Origin: an uncultured Devosia sp.
Lineage (GTDB): Bacteria; Pseudomonadota; Alphaproteobacteria; Rhizobiales; Devosiaceae
Assembly (NCBI GenBank): GCA_965651655.1
Contig: CBFGTF010000002.1
Location: 24,865 to 88,864, forward strand
DNA length: 64,000 nt
Direction: 5' to 3'
Within the stretch, counting starts at the first letter, position 1, and every line of letters starts with the position of its first letter. Under the pieces are notes generated by a model that was not told the DNA's origin, did not search any database, and saw nothing but the letters and a program-made list of their open reading frames with translations. Below are positions 1 through 8,187 of the stretch, in pieces. The translations under genes were made by a program, and so were the position numbers.

Positions 1-57
1 GGGTTGGCGGTCTATCGGCTCACGGGGCAGATCGAGACCATCTTTCCCGCGCCCTGA
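1..57 (+). CDS. 3' end of a CDS, possibly YdcF/DUF218 family (partial)
   Basis: Frame 1 reads GLAVYRLTGQIETIFPAP*, resembling YdcF C-termini; followed by a hairpin. Confidence 0.45.
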   Translation, partial: GLAVYRLTGQIETIFPAP

Positions 58-61
58 CAGC

Positions 62-87
62 AAAACGGCGCCCGCAGGCGCCGTTTC
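62..87. terminator. Bidirectional intrinsic terminator
   Basis: AAAACGGCGCC-CGCA-GGCGCCGTTT between convergent genes. Confidence 0.7.
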
Positions 88-111
88 AGGGACTGGTTTT
101 CATCCTGTCGG

Positions 112-276
112 TCAGGTCCTGCGGAACAGGCCAACCACAAGGGAAATGACCAGGAAGGCCAGGAACAGGAAGAACAGGATCTGCGCGATGCCGGCCGAGG
201 CGCCGGCAATGCCGCCGAAACCAAGAACGCCGGCGATCAGGGCGATCACCAGAAAGACGAGTGCATAATACAGCAT
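112..276 (-). CDS. DUF1328 family small membrane protein
   Basis: [39 protein letters not shown] is the typical DUF1328 sequence; ATG at 276. Confidence 0.9.
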   Translation of the reverse strand: MLYYALVFLVIALIAGVLGFGGIAGASAGIAQILFFLFLAFLVISLVVGLFRRT

Positions 277-306
277 GGGAAACTCCATGATTTGACTTGT
301 CTTCTC

Positions 307-332
307 AACGCCTTGTGAAGGCGGCGAGTTCC
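307..332 (-). promoter_or_regulatory. EcfG-type promoter for the DUF1328 gene
   Basis: Minus strand GGAAC-N17-CGTT. Confidence 0.85.
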
Positions 333-342
333 GGCGGACAGC

Positions 343-368
343 AAAAAGGCCGGCTTGCGCCGGCCCTT
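343..368 (-). terminator. Terminator after phyR
   Basis: Minus strand GGCCGGC-GCAA-GCCGGCC-TTTTT. Confidence 0.7.
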
Positions 369-389
369 GCTGGTCCAAACTTGCGACCA

Positions 390-1184
390 TCACGCCGCGG
401 CGCGCGATCCTTCATCGAAGAACAACGCCTGGCTGATCAGGGCCTTGACCATTTCGGGGTTGAACGGCTTGGTCACGAGGAAGGTCGGCTCCGGCCGCTC
501 CCCGGTGAGCAGGCGCTCTGGAAAGGCGGTGATGAAGATGACCGGCACCGAATGGGTGTTCAGGATGTCATTGACCGCGTCGATGCCCGAGCTGCCATCG
601 GCCAGCTGGATATCGGCAAGGATCATGCGGGGCCGGGTCTGGTTGAACAGGGTGACCGCTTCCTTATGGGTGCGGGCGATGCTGACAACAGTGTGCCCCA
701 GGCTCTGCACCATCTGCTCGATATCCATGGCGATCAGGGGTTCATCTTCGATGATCATGATCTCGGTGGCGACCTGACGGGAGATGTCCGTGGAGGCCTG
801 ATCGAGCAGGGATGCAAATTCGTCATCGCTGACCGAAAGAATTTCTGCAGCCTGCGCGTGATTGAAACCCTCGACGGCAACCAGCAGGAAAGCCTGGCGG
901 GGGACCGGGGCAAGGTTGGCCAGGTTGGCGGCCGCTCGCTGCTCCCAGGCGAAACTGGAGGACGGTTCGGGGATGGAAACAGCCGAGGACGAGAAAAGAG
1001 CGGAAAACAGCTTGTAGAGGGCGATCCGGTCGTTTGACGCTTCTGGAAAAAGGGAGATATCGGCAATCAGAGCTTCGAGGGTGGCGGCGACATAGGCATC
1101 GCCGGAGGTCTGCGAGCCCGTAACGGCTCTGGAAAAACGCCGCAGGTAGGGCAAGTGCGGGGCAATCCGCGTGGACAAGGACAT
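390..1184 (-). CDS. phyR: Anti-anti-sigma response regulator PhyR
   Basis: N-terminal sigma-like domain ([22 protein letters not shown]) plus C-terminal receiver (IIEDEPLIA...[11 protein letters not shown]...TKPF); divergent from nepR-ecfG. Confidence 0.96.
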   Translation of the reverse strand: MSLSTRIAPHLPYLRRFSRAVTGSQTSGDAYVAATLEALIADISLFPEASNDRIALYKLFSALFSSSAVSIPEPSSSFAWEQRAAANLANLAPVPRQAFLLVAVEGFNHAQAAEILSVSDDEFASLLDQASTDISRQVATEIMIIEDEPLIAMDIEQMVQSLGHTVVSIARTHKEAVTLFNQTRPRMILADIQLADGSSGIDAVNDILNTHSVPVIFITAFPERLLTGERPEPTFLVTKPFNPEMVKALISQALFFDEGSRAAA

Positions 1185-1237
1185 AGACGAAAACTCCCAG
1201 GGTGACGCTAGTGGTTCAGAACCTCACGATGGCCCAA

Positions 1238-1262
1238 AACGCCGATCCGCAATAAAAGTTCC
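1238..1262 (-). promoter_or_regulatory. EcfG-type promoter for phyR
   Basis: Minus strand GGAAC-N16-CGTT. Confidence 0.88.
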
Positions 1263-1270
1263 AAGCCTGC

Positions 1271-1296
1271 GGAACTTTTCTGCGAGACTATGCATT
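1271..1296 (+). promoter_or_regulatory. EcfG-type promoter for nepR-ecfG
   Basis: GGAAC-N17-CATT. Confidence 0.8.
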
Positions 1297-1344
1297 GCAG
1301 GCTGGGAAGAAGGCAATTTCCAGGGACTGATCGGTCTAGAAGGC

Positions 1345-1566
1345 ATGAAGAAGGATAATTTGGTGACCCAGCAACGTGTGCGCATGCAGGCGGGGCGGGC
1401 AGATGACGGGCTCGGTCCAACGACCGATATCGGCTCGCGTCTGCGTGCGCTCTATGGGGCAGTTCAGGACGAGGGCGTTCCTGAGCAATTGCTCGACCTG
1501 CTCGAAAAGCTCGACAGCGCGGAGAAAGCCCAGGGCGGCAAGTCTTCTGACCAGGGCGGGGAGTAA
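1345..1566 (+). CDS. nepR: Anti-sigma factor NepR
   Basis: IGSRLRALYGAVQDEGVPEQLLDLLEKLD NepR core; directly upstream of the ECF sigma. Confidence 0.92.
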   Translation: MKKDNLVTQQRVRMQAGRADDGLGPTTDIGSRLRALYGAVQDEGVPEQLLDLLEKLDSAEKAQGGKSSDQGGE

Positions 1567-1570
1567 CCGC

Positions 1571-2122
1571 ATGGCCGCCGAGGGAACGTCCTTCAAGCGC
1601 GAGATGCTCGCGACACTCCCCAGCCTGCGTGCCTTCGCGGTCTCCCTGACCGGCAAGCATGACAAGGCCGATGACCTGGTACAGGATACGGTGATGAAGG
1701 CCTGGGCGAAGCAGTCCAGCTTCGAGATGGGCACTAATATCAAGGCCTGGCTCTTCACCATCCTGCGCAATGAATTCTACAGCCAGATGCGCAAACGTGG
1801 CCGTGAGGTTCAGGATAGCGACGGGGTGTTTACGGAGCGATTGTCCGTGCACCCGTCTCAGTATGGCCTGATGGATCTTGAGGACTTCAAGGTGGCGCTG
1901 GCCAAGCTGCCGGATGACCAGCGCGAAGCGATCATCCTGATCGGTGCCTCGGGCTTTTCCTACGAGGAAGCCGCGGCCATCTGCGAATGCGCGGTGGGGA
2001 CCATGAAGAGCCGGGTCAGCCGGGCCCGTACACGGCTTACCGAACTGCTCAAGATCGCAGGCGAATCCGACTATGGCCCAGATGCTGTCTCGGCTCAGGT
2101 GACTTCGGGCAACGGGTTCTGA
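1571..2122 (+). CDS. ecfG: ECF15 general stress sigma factor (EcfG/RpoE2/SigT type)
   Basis: LPSLRAFAVSL...ADDLVQDT...GTNIKAWLFTILRN; region 4 SYEEAAAICECAVGTMKSRVSRAR. Confidence 0.95.
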   Translation: MAAEGTSFKREMLATLPSLRAFAVSLTGKHDKADDLVQDTVMKAWAKQSSFEMGTNIKAWLFTILRNEFYSQMRKRGREVQDSDGVFTERLSVHPSQYGLMDLEDFKVALAKLPDDQREAIILIGASGFSYEEAAAICECAVGTMKSRVSRARTRLTELLKIAGESDYGPDAVSAQVTSGNGF

Positions 2123-2478
2123 CGCAGGCGGTCGAGTATGGCCGCGGCCAGGTCCTCGTCCGGGATCGGCTTGATGACGATGGGTGTGCCGGGTAATTCC
2201 GGCACGCCGAATGCAAGCCGGGTGTCGGCGCTCAGGCCCAGGACCGGGATACCGCTCTGAGACACCTGGCGGGCAAGCTCGATAAGTTCGGGACGGTTGG
2301 CTTCCAGTTCGATGACGGCAAGGCCGGCACGGCCCCAAGCGCTGGCATTGGCGTGAGCCTCGCCGGCACTGGTGGCCAGGATAACGTTGGACGCGCCCAG
2401 ATCTTCGAGCACCGTCTGAACGCCCAGAGCTATGATAAATTGGGTCTCGACGACGAGAACCGTGCGACCGGCCAGCAT
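2095..2478 (-). CDS. Single-domain receiver, atypical (pseudo-receiver)
   Basis: Receiver-fold pattern VLVVETQFIIA...GLAVIEL...IVIKP. Confidence 0.8.
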   Translation of the reverse strand: MLAGRTVLVVETQFIIALGVQTVLEDLGASNVILATSAGEAHANASAWGRAGLAVIELEANRPELIELARQVSQSGIPVLGLSADTRLAFGVPELPGTPIVIKPIPDEDLAAAILDRLRQNPLPEVT

Positions 2479-2548
2479 GATCCCGTCCTTCTGATGAACC
2501 CTCCTGATGGGGCTTGCCGCTCAGATTGTCATTTAACTTTGACATGTT

Positions 2549-2573
2549 GGAACGGCATGGGGGCTGGCGCGTT
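2549..2573 (+). promoter_or_regulatory. EcfG-type promoter for the Crp-family gene
   Basis: GGAAC-N16-CGTT. Confidence 0.8.
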
Positions 2574-2606
2574 TGCAGTGCGAGTTTCAAAGCGTCAGGA
2601 AATCTC

Positions 2607-3359
2607 GTGAGCCTTGTCCTTCCTTCCACGGGGCGCCGCGTGCCCTGCGAGCAGTGTCCGTTGCGGCCATTGCCGATATTTCGCGACTTCACGGCCACGG
2701 AGCTAAAATTCGTATCCAGCTTCAAGACTGGCGAGATGACCGCCGAGGCCGGTGCGGTGATCCTTTCTGAAGGTGCTCACAGCGCCCATTTATTCACCCT
2801 GCTCTCGGGCTGGGCCTTCCGGTTCAAGATGCTCGACGACGGTCGCCGGCAAATCCTCAACTATCTGCTGCCGGGTGACCTGGTGGGCCTGCAAGGGTCG
2901 GTTATCGGCGAGATGGAGCATTCGGTCGAGGCGCTGTCGCCGCTGGTCCTTTGCGTTTTCCAGCGCGACCGGCTGGACGAATTGTTCCGCAATCATCCGG
3001 GCCTGGGCTTCGATGTCACCTGGTTGGCGGCGCGCGAGGAGAGGATGCTCGATGATCACCTGCTCAGCCTTGGACGGCGCACCGCGATTGAACGCGCGGC
3101 CTACCTCCTGGCCTTCCTTCATGAACGGGCGGTGTCGGTCGGGCTGGGCCAGGGGCCGGTCCATATTCCGCTGACCCAGCAACATGTGGCCGACACATTG
3201 GGACTGTCCATCGTCCACACCAACAAGACTCTGCGCAAGCTGACCAATCGCGGGCTCATTCGCTGGCTGGGGCGCAGCTGCCAGGTGCTCGACGCGGCCG
3301 AACTGGCGCGGGTCGCCGGATGGGACGGGCCAGGCGAACGCGTCCGACCACTGATCTAG
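2607..3359 (+). CDS. Crp/Fnr family transcriptional regulator
   Basis: N-terminal CxxC (PCEQCPLR), cNMP-type domain (GRRQILNYLLPGD), HTH (PLTQQHVADTLGLSIVHTNKTL); GTG start after AGGA, downstream of the promoter. Confidence 0.9.
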   Translation: MSLVLPSTGRRVPCEQCPLRPLPIFRDFTATELKFVSSFKTGEMTAEAGAVILSEGAHSAHLFTLLSGWAFRFKMLDDGRRQILNYLLPGDLVGLQGSVIGEMEHSVEALSPLVLCVFQRDRLDELFRNHPGLGFDVTWLAAREERMLDDHLLSLGRRTAIERAAYLLAFLHERAVSVGLGQGPVHIPLTQQHVADTLGLSIVHTNKTLRKLTNRGLIRWLGRSCQVLDAAELARVAGWDGPGERVRPLI

Positions 3360-3426
3360 GACGAGCCTCAATGCTGCCATGGCAACAAGGCAAAGCTGAA
3401 CCTGCTCCCGATCTTGTTGCTCAAGG

Positions 3427-4860
3427 GTGCAGGAGATGAGCGTCTTGACGGACCGAGCCCCTAACGTGGATATCGCTAAGCCCGGACGGCGCGCCACCAG
3501 GCGCCTCGCGGTGTGGGTATCGCTGGGTCTGGTCTGCCTGGCGGCCATTGCGGCGCTGATGCTGATGCAGGGGTTCGACCGGCAGCTACGCGACATCAAC
3601 CAGACCTATGCAGTGCGCAATGCGGCGCGCGAGCTGACCCATGCGCTCAGCCAGGCCGAGGCCAGCCAGCGCGGCTATCTGCTGACGGCCGATCCGCAAT
3701 TCCTGCAACCCTATCGCGAGGCGGTATCCAGCCTGGACCGAAGGGTCGCGGCGCTGCTGGAAATGACGGCTGACGACCCCGGACAGGGCGCGCGGGTCAC
3801 CAGCATTACCGGCGATATCACCAGCAAGATGGCCGAAATGAACCGCACCGTCGAACTGGTGACCAGCCAGCGCAGCGACGAGGCGCAGACCCTGACTGAA
3901 ACCGGGATGGGTGCACGGCTGATGGCGGAAGTCAGCAGGACCCTGGAAGATTTCATCGCCGAGGAGGACGCCAAACTGGCCAACCGCAACCAGGCCATCG
4001 ACCAGACCCGGACGGGACTGGTGGCGGCGCTGATCGCGGCGCTGACCGCTGCCGCCATCCTCGCCTATGCGCTCCTGATGCGGACCCAGAAGCAGGTCAG
4101 CGCCCTGGCCCAGCGCCATCGTGGGCTTTTGACGCAGAACGAGGCGCTGGAGGCCGAGGTGGCCGAGCGGACACGCGACATCGAAGAGGCGCGGGCCCAT
4201 GCCGAACGCGAGCGGCAGCGCGTGGAGGCGCTGTTGCAGGACACCAACCACCGGATCGGCAATTCCCTGGCGACGGTGTCTTCGCTGCTGGCATTGCAGA
4301 TGATGCGAAGCAAGTCCGAAGGGGTCCGCAACGCCCTGGAGGCTGCCCGGCTCAGGGTACATGCGGTGGCATCGGCGCATCGGCGGCTGCGCCTCGGAGA
4401 TGATCTTGAAACCGCCAGTGCCGATGAATTCCTTTCGGCGGTGCTCGAAGACATTGCCGAAACCCAGGCCGATGGGGGTCGCATCGCGGTGCGCGGCGAT
4501 CTCTCGCCGATCGAGGTCAGTGCGCGGGATGCGACGACCCTCGGGATCCTGGTCGGGGAACTGGTGACCAATGCGCTCAAATATGCCTTCCCGGGGGACC
4601 GGAAAGGCGAAATCGCCGTTATCCTCCAGCGCGACGATGCCGGCATGCCGATGCTCACGGTCCGGGACGACGGCGTGGGCATGCCAGAGAATGAGGCGGA
4701 GACAGAGAACGGCCTGGGTTCGGTCATCATCCGGCAGCTATCCGAACAGTTCGGCGGCGAGCCAAGCTATGGCGTCCCGGAAGGCGGCGGGCTGGAAGTG
4801 AGGATCCTGTTGCCCCTGCTACGCGGTGCCGTACCATCCAACAAGGACGATATCCTTTGA
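3427..4860 (+). CDS. CHASE3 sensor histidine kinase, HisKA_2 type
   Basis: Two TM segments around CHASE3 (AEASQRGYLLT), H-box NHRIGNSL, ELVTNALKYAF, DDGVG, GLGS; exact start uncertain. Confidence 0.9.
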   Translation: MQEMSVLTDRAPNVDIAKPGRRATRRLAVWVSLGLVCLAAIAALMLMQGFDRQLRDINQTYAVRNAARELTHALSQAEASQRGYLLTADPQFLQPYREAVSSLDRRVAALLEMTADDPGQGARVTSITGDITSKMAEMNRTVELVTSQRSDEAQTLTETGMGARLMAEVSRTLEDFIAEEDAKLANRNQAIDQTRTGLVAALIAALTAAAILAYALLMRTQKQVSALAQRHRGLLTQNEALEAEVAERTRDIEEARAHAERERQRVEALLQDTNHRIGNSLATVSSLLALQMMRSKSEGVRNALEAARLRVHAVASAHRRLRLGDDLETASADEFLSAVLEDIAETQADGGRIAVRGDLSPIEVSARDATTLGILVGELVTNALKYAFPGDRKGEIAVILQRDDAGMPMLTVRDDGVGMPENEAETENGLGSVIIRQLSEQFGGEPSYGVPEGGGLEVRILLPLLRGAVPSNKDDIL

Positions 4861-5768
4861 AGATCAGGGCCATTCTCAATCGCGACGGTGGTACGCTCAG
4901 GACAATGGATCTCGATGCGTTCTGCGCCAGAGCGACGGAGGTCTTCGGCAGCGAAGGCCATGACTTGGATTGCCGGATCGTCTCGGGGCAGTCGGTCGAG
5001 TCCGAACTCAAGGCGGCATCGCAGGACGCGGATGTCGAGGCTGTGCTGGCCGGTGGCGGCGACGGAACAATTTCGGCAGCAGCGGCAGTGGCCTTCGCGA
5101 GCGGCAAGCCCCTGGGCGTCTTGCCGGCCGGGACAATGAACCTTTTTGCCAGGGCTCTGGGCATGCCCCTCGATCTCGAACAGGCACTGCGCGCCATTGC
5201 ACGCGGTTCTGTCGCCCAGATCGACATTGCGACCGCCAATGGCCGTCCCTTCGTGCACCAGTTCGGGGTGGGCATTCATGCGCGCCTGGTGCGTATCCGC
5301 AATGGCATGGTCTATGGCAGCCGGGTGGGCAAGATGCTGGCGAGCCTGCGGGCGATCGTGGCCTCGGCCGTCAATCCGCCCCGGTTTGAGGTGGAGTTGC
5401 ATACGGACCGCGGTGACGTGCGGCTCACGGCATCTGGTGTGGCGATCTCCAACAATCCGCTCGACGACAGCCCGGTTCCGGTCGCCGAGCGGCTCGATGC
5501 CGGTGTGCTGGGGGTCTATGTTGCAGGCAGTGTCACCACCAATGAACTGCTCAATCTGGTGTTTGACGTCATGACAGGACGCTGGCGGGCCAACCCCGCC
5601 GTGCGTGAAACCGAAGCGCGGGAAGTGGTGCTGCGATTTCCCAAGCGCAAGCGCGGTACCCATGCGGTGCTGGATGGGGAACTGATTGACCTGGAGAGCG
5701 AGGTCACGCTGAAAATTCATCCCGGAGCGATTTCGGTCATCCGGCCGGCCGGGAACGGGGAATGGTAG
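4857..5768 (+). CDS. Diacylglycerol/lipid kinase family protein
   Basis: GGGDGT, LPAGTMNLFA and DGE motifs; overlaps the kinase stop codon. Confidence 0.88.
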   Translation: MKIRAILNRDGGTLRTMDLDAFCARATEVFGSEGHDLDCRIVSGQSVESELKAASQDADVEAVLAGGGDGTISAAAAVAFASGKPLGVLPAGTMNLFARALGMPLDLEQALRAIARGSVAQIDIATANGRPFVHQFGVGIHARLVRIRNGMVYGSRVGKMLASLRAIVASAVNPPRFEVELHTDRGDVRLTASGVAISNNPLDDSPVPVAERLDAGVLGVYVAGSVTTNELLNLVFDVMTGRWRANPAVRETEAREVVLRFPKRKRGTHAVLDGELIDLESEVTLKIHPGAISVIRPAGNGEW

Positions 5769-5804
5769 CAGCCAGCCGGAAGGCGGCCGCTACCGCGCCA
5801 TGTT

Positions 5805-6233
5805 TCAATCTTCGTCGTTGCTGCGGAGCAGGGCGAAGACAGCCAGTGCCGCTGCCGGCAAGCCGAGCTTGACCAGCAGGGGCGAGCGGGCCAGCAGGGG
5901 CAGGGCGGTGATTGCCGCGGTCGAGAGAAAGGCGCCGGTCTCGCTGGCGCGACGGCGTTCGGCCAGCTGACGCTGGCGGCGGCCCCGCCCGATCAGGGAG
6001 CCGAGATAGACGGCCAGGGCCAGGAGCACGAAACTCCCTGCAATGATAAGGGCGGCCCCAATGGCCCCGACCTGCAGGGCCAGCGCCATGTAGCCTGCTG
6101 CCAGCAGGAAGCCGGCGGCGACCAGCCCGAACAGGGCGATCAGTCCATAGACCAATATCGTCGATCTGGCCCGGGCGAGGAGCGTTTCCGTCTCCAGGCC
6201 GAGCAGTGCCGCGAGCGGCGCGAGCAGACCCAT
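5805..6233 (-). CDS. Membrane protein (YqjE/holin-like), partner of the DUF883 gene
   Basis: Hydrophobic helices; 2 nt downstream of the DUF883 gene. Confidence 0.7.
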   Translation of the reverse strand: MGLLAPLAALLGLETETLLARARSTILVYGLIALFGLVAAGFLLAAGYMALALQVGAIGAALIIAGSFVLLALAVYLGSLIGRGRRQRQLAERRRASETGAFLSTAAITALPLLARSPLLVKLGLPAAALAVFALLRSNDED

Positions 6234-6235
6234 GG

Positions 6236-6607
6236 TCAGTGCCGGGTCAGCAAGGCCAGGACGAAGCCGATGCCGGCGGCGGCGGCTACCGCGGTCAGGG
6301 GCTTTTCGCGAATGGTATCCTTGAGCTGCTTTTCCATCTCGCCAGCCTGGTCCTGCGCCTCATCGAGCATCTGCTGGCCCCTGGCCTGGAGATGCCGCAT
6401 CTCGGTTGTCGCCAGGGACCTGGCCTCGCCCACCTTTTCGCCGGTCAGCTTGCCCAGCGTTTCGGTGATGGCCTTGAGATCATCCTGAAGCTGGGAAACC
6501 TGGACTTCGAGTTCCTGCTCGCGGGTCAGCGGGGTCTTGGTGGCAGCGGTGCGACCGCCATTGCCGGTCTTGCGACGGTTCGGTGCCATGTCTGCGGTGG
6601 TAGCCAT
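6236..6607 (-). CDS. DUF883 / ElaB-YqjD family tail-anchored protein
   Basis: Coiled coil plus C-terminal IREKPLTAVAAAAGIGFVLALL. Confidence 0.9.
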   Translation of the reverse strand: MATTADMAPNRRKTGNGGRTAATKTPLTREQELEVQVSQLQDDLKAITETLGKLTGEKVGEARSLATTEMRHLQARGQQMLDEAQDQAGEMEKQLKDTIREKPLTAVAAAAGIGFVLALLTRH

Positions 6608-6635
6608 AGGACGCTCCTTGTTTACTTAGCCGCTT

Positions 6636-6660
6636 AACGCGGGGGCTCTGCCCAAGTTCC
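6636..6660 (-). promoter_or_regulatory. EcfG-type promoter for the DUF883 operon
   Basis: Minus strand GGAAC-N16-CGTT. Confidence 0.85.
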
Positions 6661-6679
6661 CGGACAAAGCGCTAATCGG

Positions 6680-6810
6680 GGGAAAAAGAAGTCCCGACAA
6701 GCGAGGACGCCTGTCGGGACAAAGGGCGCGGACCGAAAAGGGGGGCGACCATCGGTCCGCTGAGGGGCACGTTCCATTCATGGAAACCAGAGGGACCTGG
6801 CGTGCCCGTT
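6680..6810 (-). ncRNA. Candidate 3'UTR-derived sRNA with three stem-loops and C-rich loops
   Basis: Stems at 6765-6807, 6728-6760 and 6691-6720 followed by a U-rich tail; minus-strand loops GUCCCU, UGGUCGCCCCCCUUU, UCCU. Confidence 0.55.
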
Positions 6811-6825
6811 TCTGAGCCTTGAGCG

Positions 6826-6984
6826 CTACACTCGTCCCATGAGGACAAGAATGAGCACCACCACCAGCACGACGCCGAGAATACCCGAGGGGAAGTAGCC
6901 GAAGCCACGCGAATAGCCCCAGGTCGGCAGTGCGCCGATGAGCAGAAGAATGAGAATAATGAGAAGAATTGTGCCGAGCGTCAT
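6826..6984 (-). CDS. DUF3309 family small membrane protein (52 aa, absent from the ORF track)
   Basis: MTLGTILLIILILLLIGALPTWGYSRGFGYFPSGILGVVLVVVLILVLMGRV; SD AGGAGG upstream. Confidence 0.9.
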   Translation of the reverse strand: MTLGTILLIILILLLIGALPTWGYSRGFGYFPSGILGVVLVVVLILVLMGRV

Positions 6985-7029
6985 GAAACCCTCCTAAACC
7001 TCGGAAATGTCCGGTGCGCCTGTTCGACC

Positions 7030-7200
7030 CTAGACGATGGCGACCAGCAGGGCGGTAGCGGTCGCCAGGATCAGCGAAGCGGGCAGGAGGGCCATGGCCA
7101 CCTCGGTAAAGCGCGGCTGATGGTTCATCACGTCATCACCCCAATAGGCGGTGGTGGCGCGGGCTGACCTGTCAATCGTCCTGAACTGGGAGTGACTCAT
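7030..7200 (-). CDS. Hypothetical 56-aa protein with C-terminal TM helix
   Basis: MSHSQFRTIDRSARATTAYWGDDVMNHQPRFTEVAMALLPASLILATATALLVAIV; SD AGGAGA; EcfG promoter upstream. Confidence 0.65.
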   Translation of the reverse strand: MSHSQFRTIDRSARATTAYWGDDVMNHQPRFTEVAMALLPASLILATATALLVAIV

Positions 7201-7268
7201 CTTGGTGTCTCCTGCGATCCGGAATGACCGGAGCTTTCCTGGCGGCGCCATCTGGCCCGTGGCAAGAA

Positions 7269-7294
7269 AACGGAGCGAGCATGATATTGGTTCC
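7269..7294 (-). promoter_or_regulatory. EcfG-type promoter for the small-protein/DUF3309 unit
   Basis: Minus strand GGAAC-N17-CGTT. Confidence 0.8.
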
Positions 7295-7304
7295 GTAGCG
7301 CGTG

Positions 7305-8183
7305 TTATTCGACGCGCAGCACGTCCACCGATTGCCTTGTCTCGTGCGAGCCATGGGTGCGCAGGACCCCCACAATGGGCGAAATGTCGGCATAGTCGCG
7401 GCCATGGCCGATGGAGATGTGGTCGGCTCCGGCGATCATGGCATTGGTGGGATCGAACTCGACCCAGCCCACATGCTGGCCACACCAGGCCCGCACCCAG
7501 GCATGCATGGCATCGGCGCCTTCGAGGCGTGGCTGGCCCGGAGGAGGGTTCGTGCGCAGGAACCCCGAAACATAGCCGGCCGGGACGCCGATGCCGCGCA
7601 GGCCGGCGATCATGACATGGGCAAAATCCTGACAGACGCCCTTCTTGAGGGCGAAGGCCTCGGCGGGGCGGGTTTCGACGTCGGTGGCCTTGGCGTCGTA
7701 CTCGAAATCCCGGTGGATCGCCATGCAGAGCGCGGTGGCCATGGAGAGGGTCGAGTGTTCGCCCTCCGTCGCGTCCCGGACATAGTCGGTGATGGCCGGA
7801 ACGATCTGGATGCGGGGCGAGGCGGCCAGGAAATGCTGCGGGCTGGCAGGGGCTATGGACCAATACTGCGCCACCTCTCGGGCCAGCTGCGGCAGGGGCG
7901 GCGACAGGTCAGCGGGCGGTGTCAGGTCTTCTACCTGCACGCGGGCGGACAGGCGGATGCTCAGTGTATCGTGCGGGTCGGTCATGGTGATGGCGGTGAC
8001 CGAATTGCCGAAGAAGTCCAGAAAGCCGCTCTGGCGGGACGGCCCGGGATCGACGGTGAGCGAGGCGGCGATGACCCGCTGTACGCCGGGCACATTGGCC
8101 GGGGCGACGCGAATATGGTGGCGCCCGCCATGGACAGGCGCGTCGTAGTCATATTCGAGCGTCAGGCGGATATCGTACAGCAT
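7305..8183 (-). CDS. Transglutaminase family protein
   Basis: Triad motifs GVCQDFAH, MHAWV, FDPTN; GRDYADISP. Confidence 0.92.
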   Translation of the reverse strand: MLYDIRLTLEYDYDAPVHGGRHHIRVAPANVPGVQRVIAASLTVDPGPSRQSGFLDFFGNSVTAITMTDPHDTLSIRLSARVQVEDLTPPADLSPPLPQLAREVAQYWSIAPASPQHFLAASPRIQIVPAITDYVRDATEGEHSTLSMATALCMAIHRDFEYDAKATDVETRPAEAFALKKGVCQDFAHVMIAGLRGIGVPAGYVSGFLRTNPPPGQPRLEGADAMHAWVRAWCGQHVGWVEFDPTNAMIAGADHISIGHGRDYADISPIVGVLRTHGSHETRQSVDVLRVE

Positions 8184-8187
8184 GGCG

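Noticed and set aside
3391-3420. EcfG promoter for the CHASE3 kinase
   Set aside because: TGAAC...TGTT spacing is too short for the consensus; the gene may be read through from the Crp promoter
5805-6233. Phage holin indicating a prophage
   Set aside because: Context is the DUF883 stress operon; no lysis or structural genes
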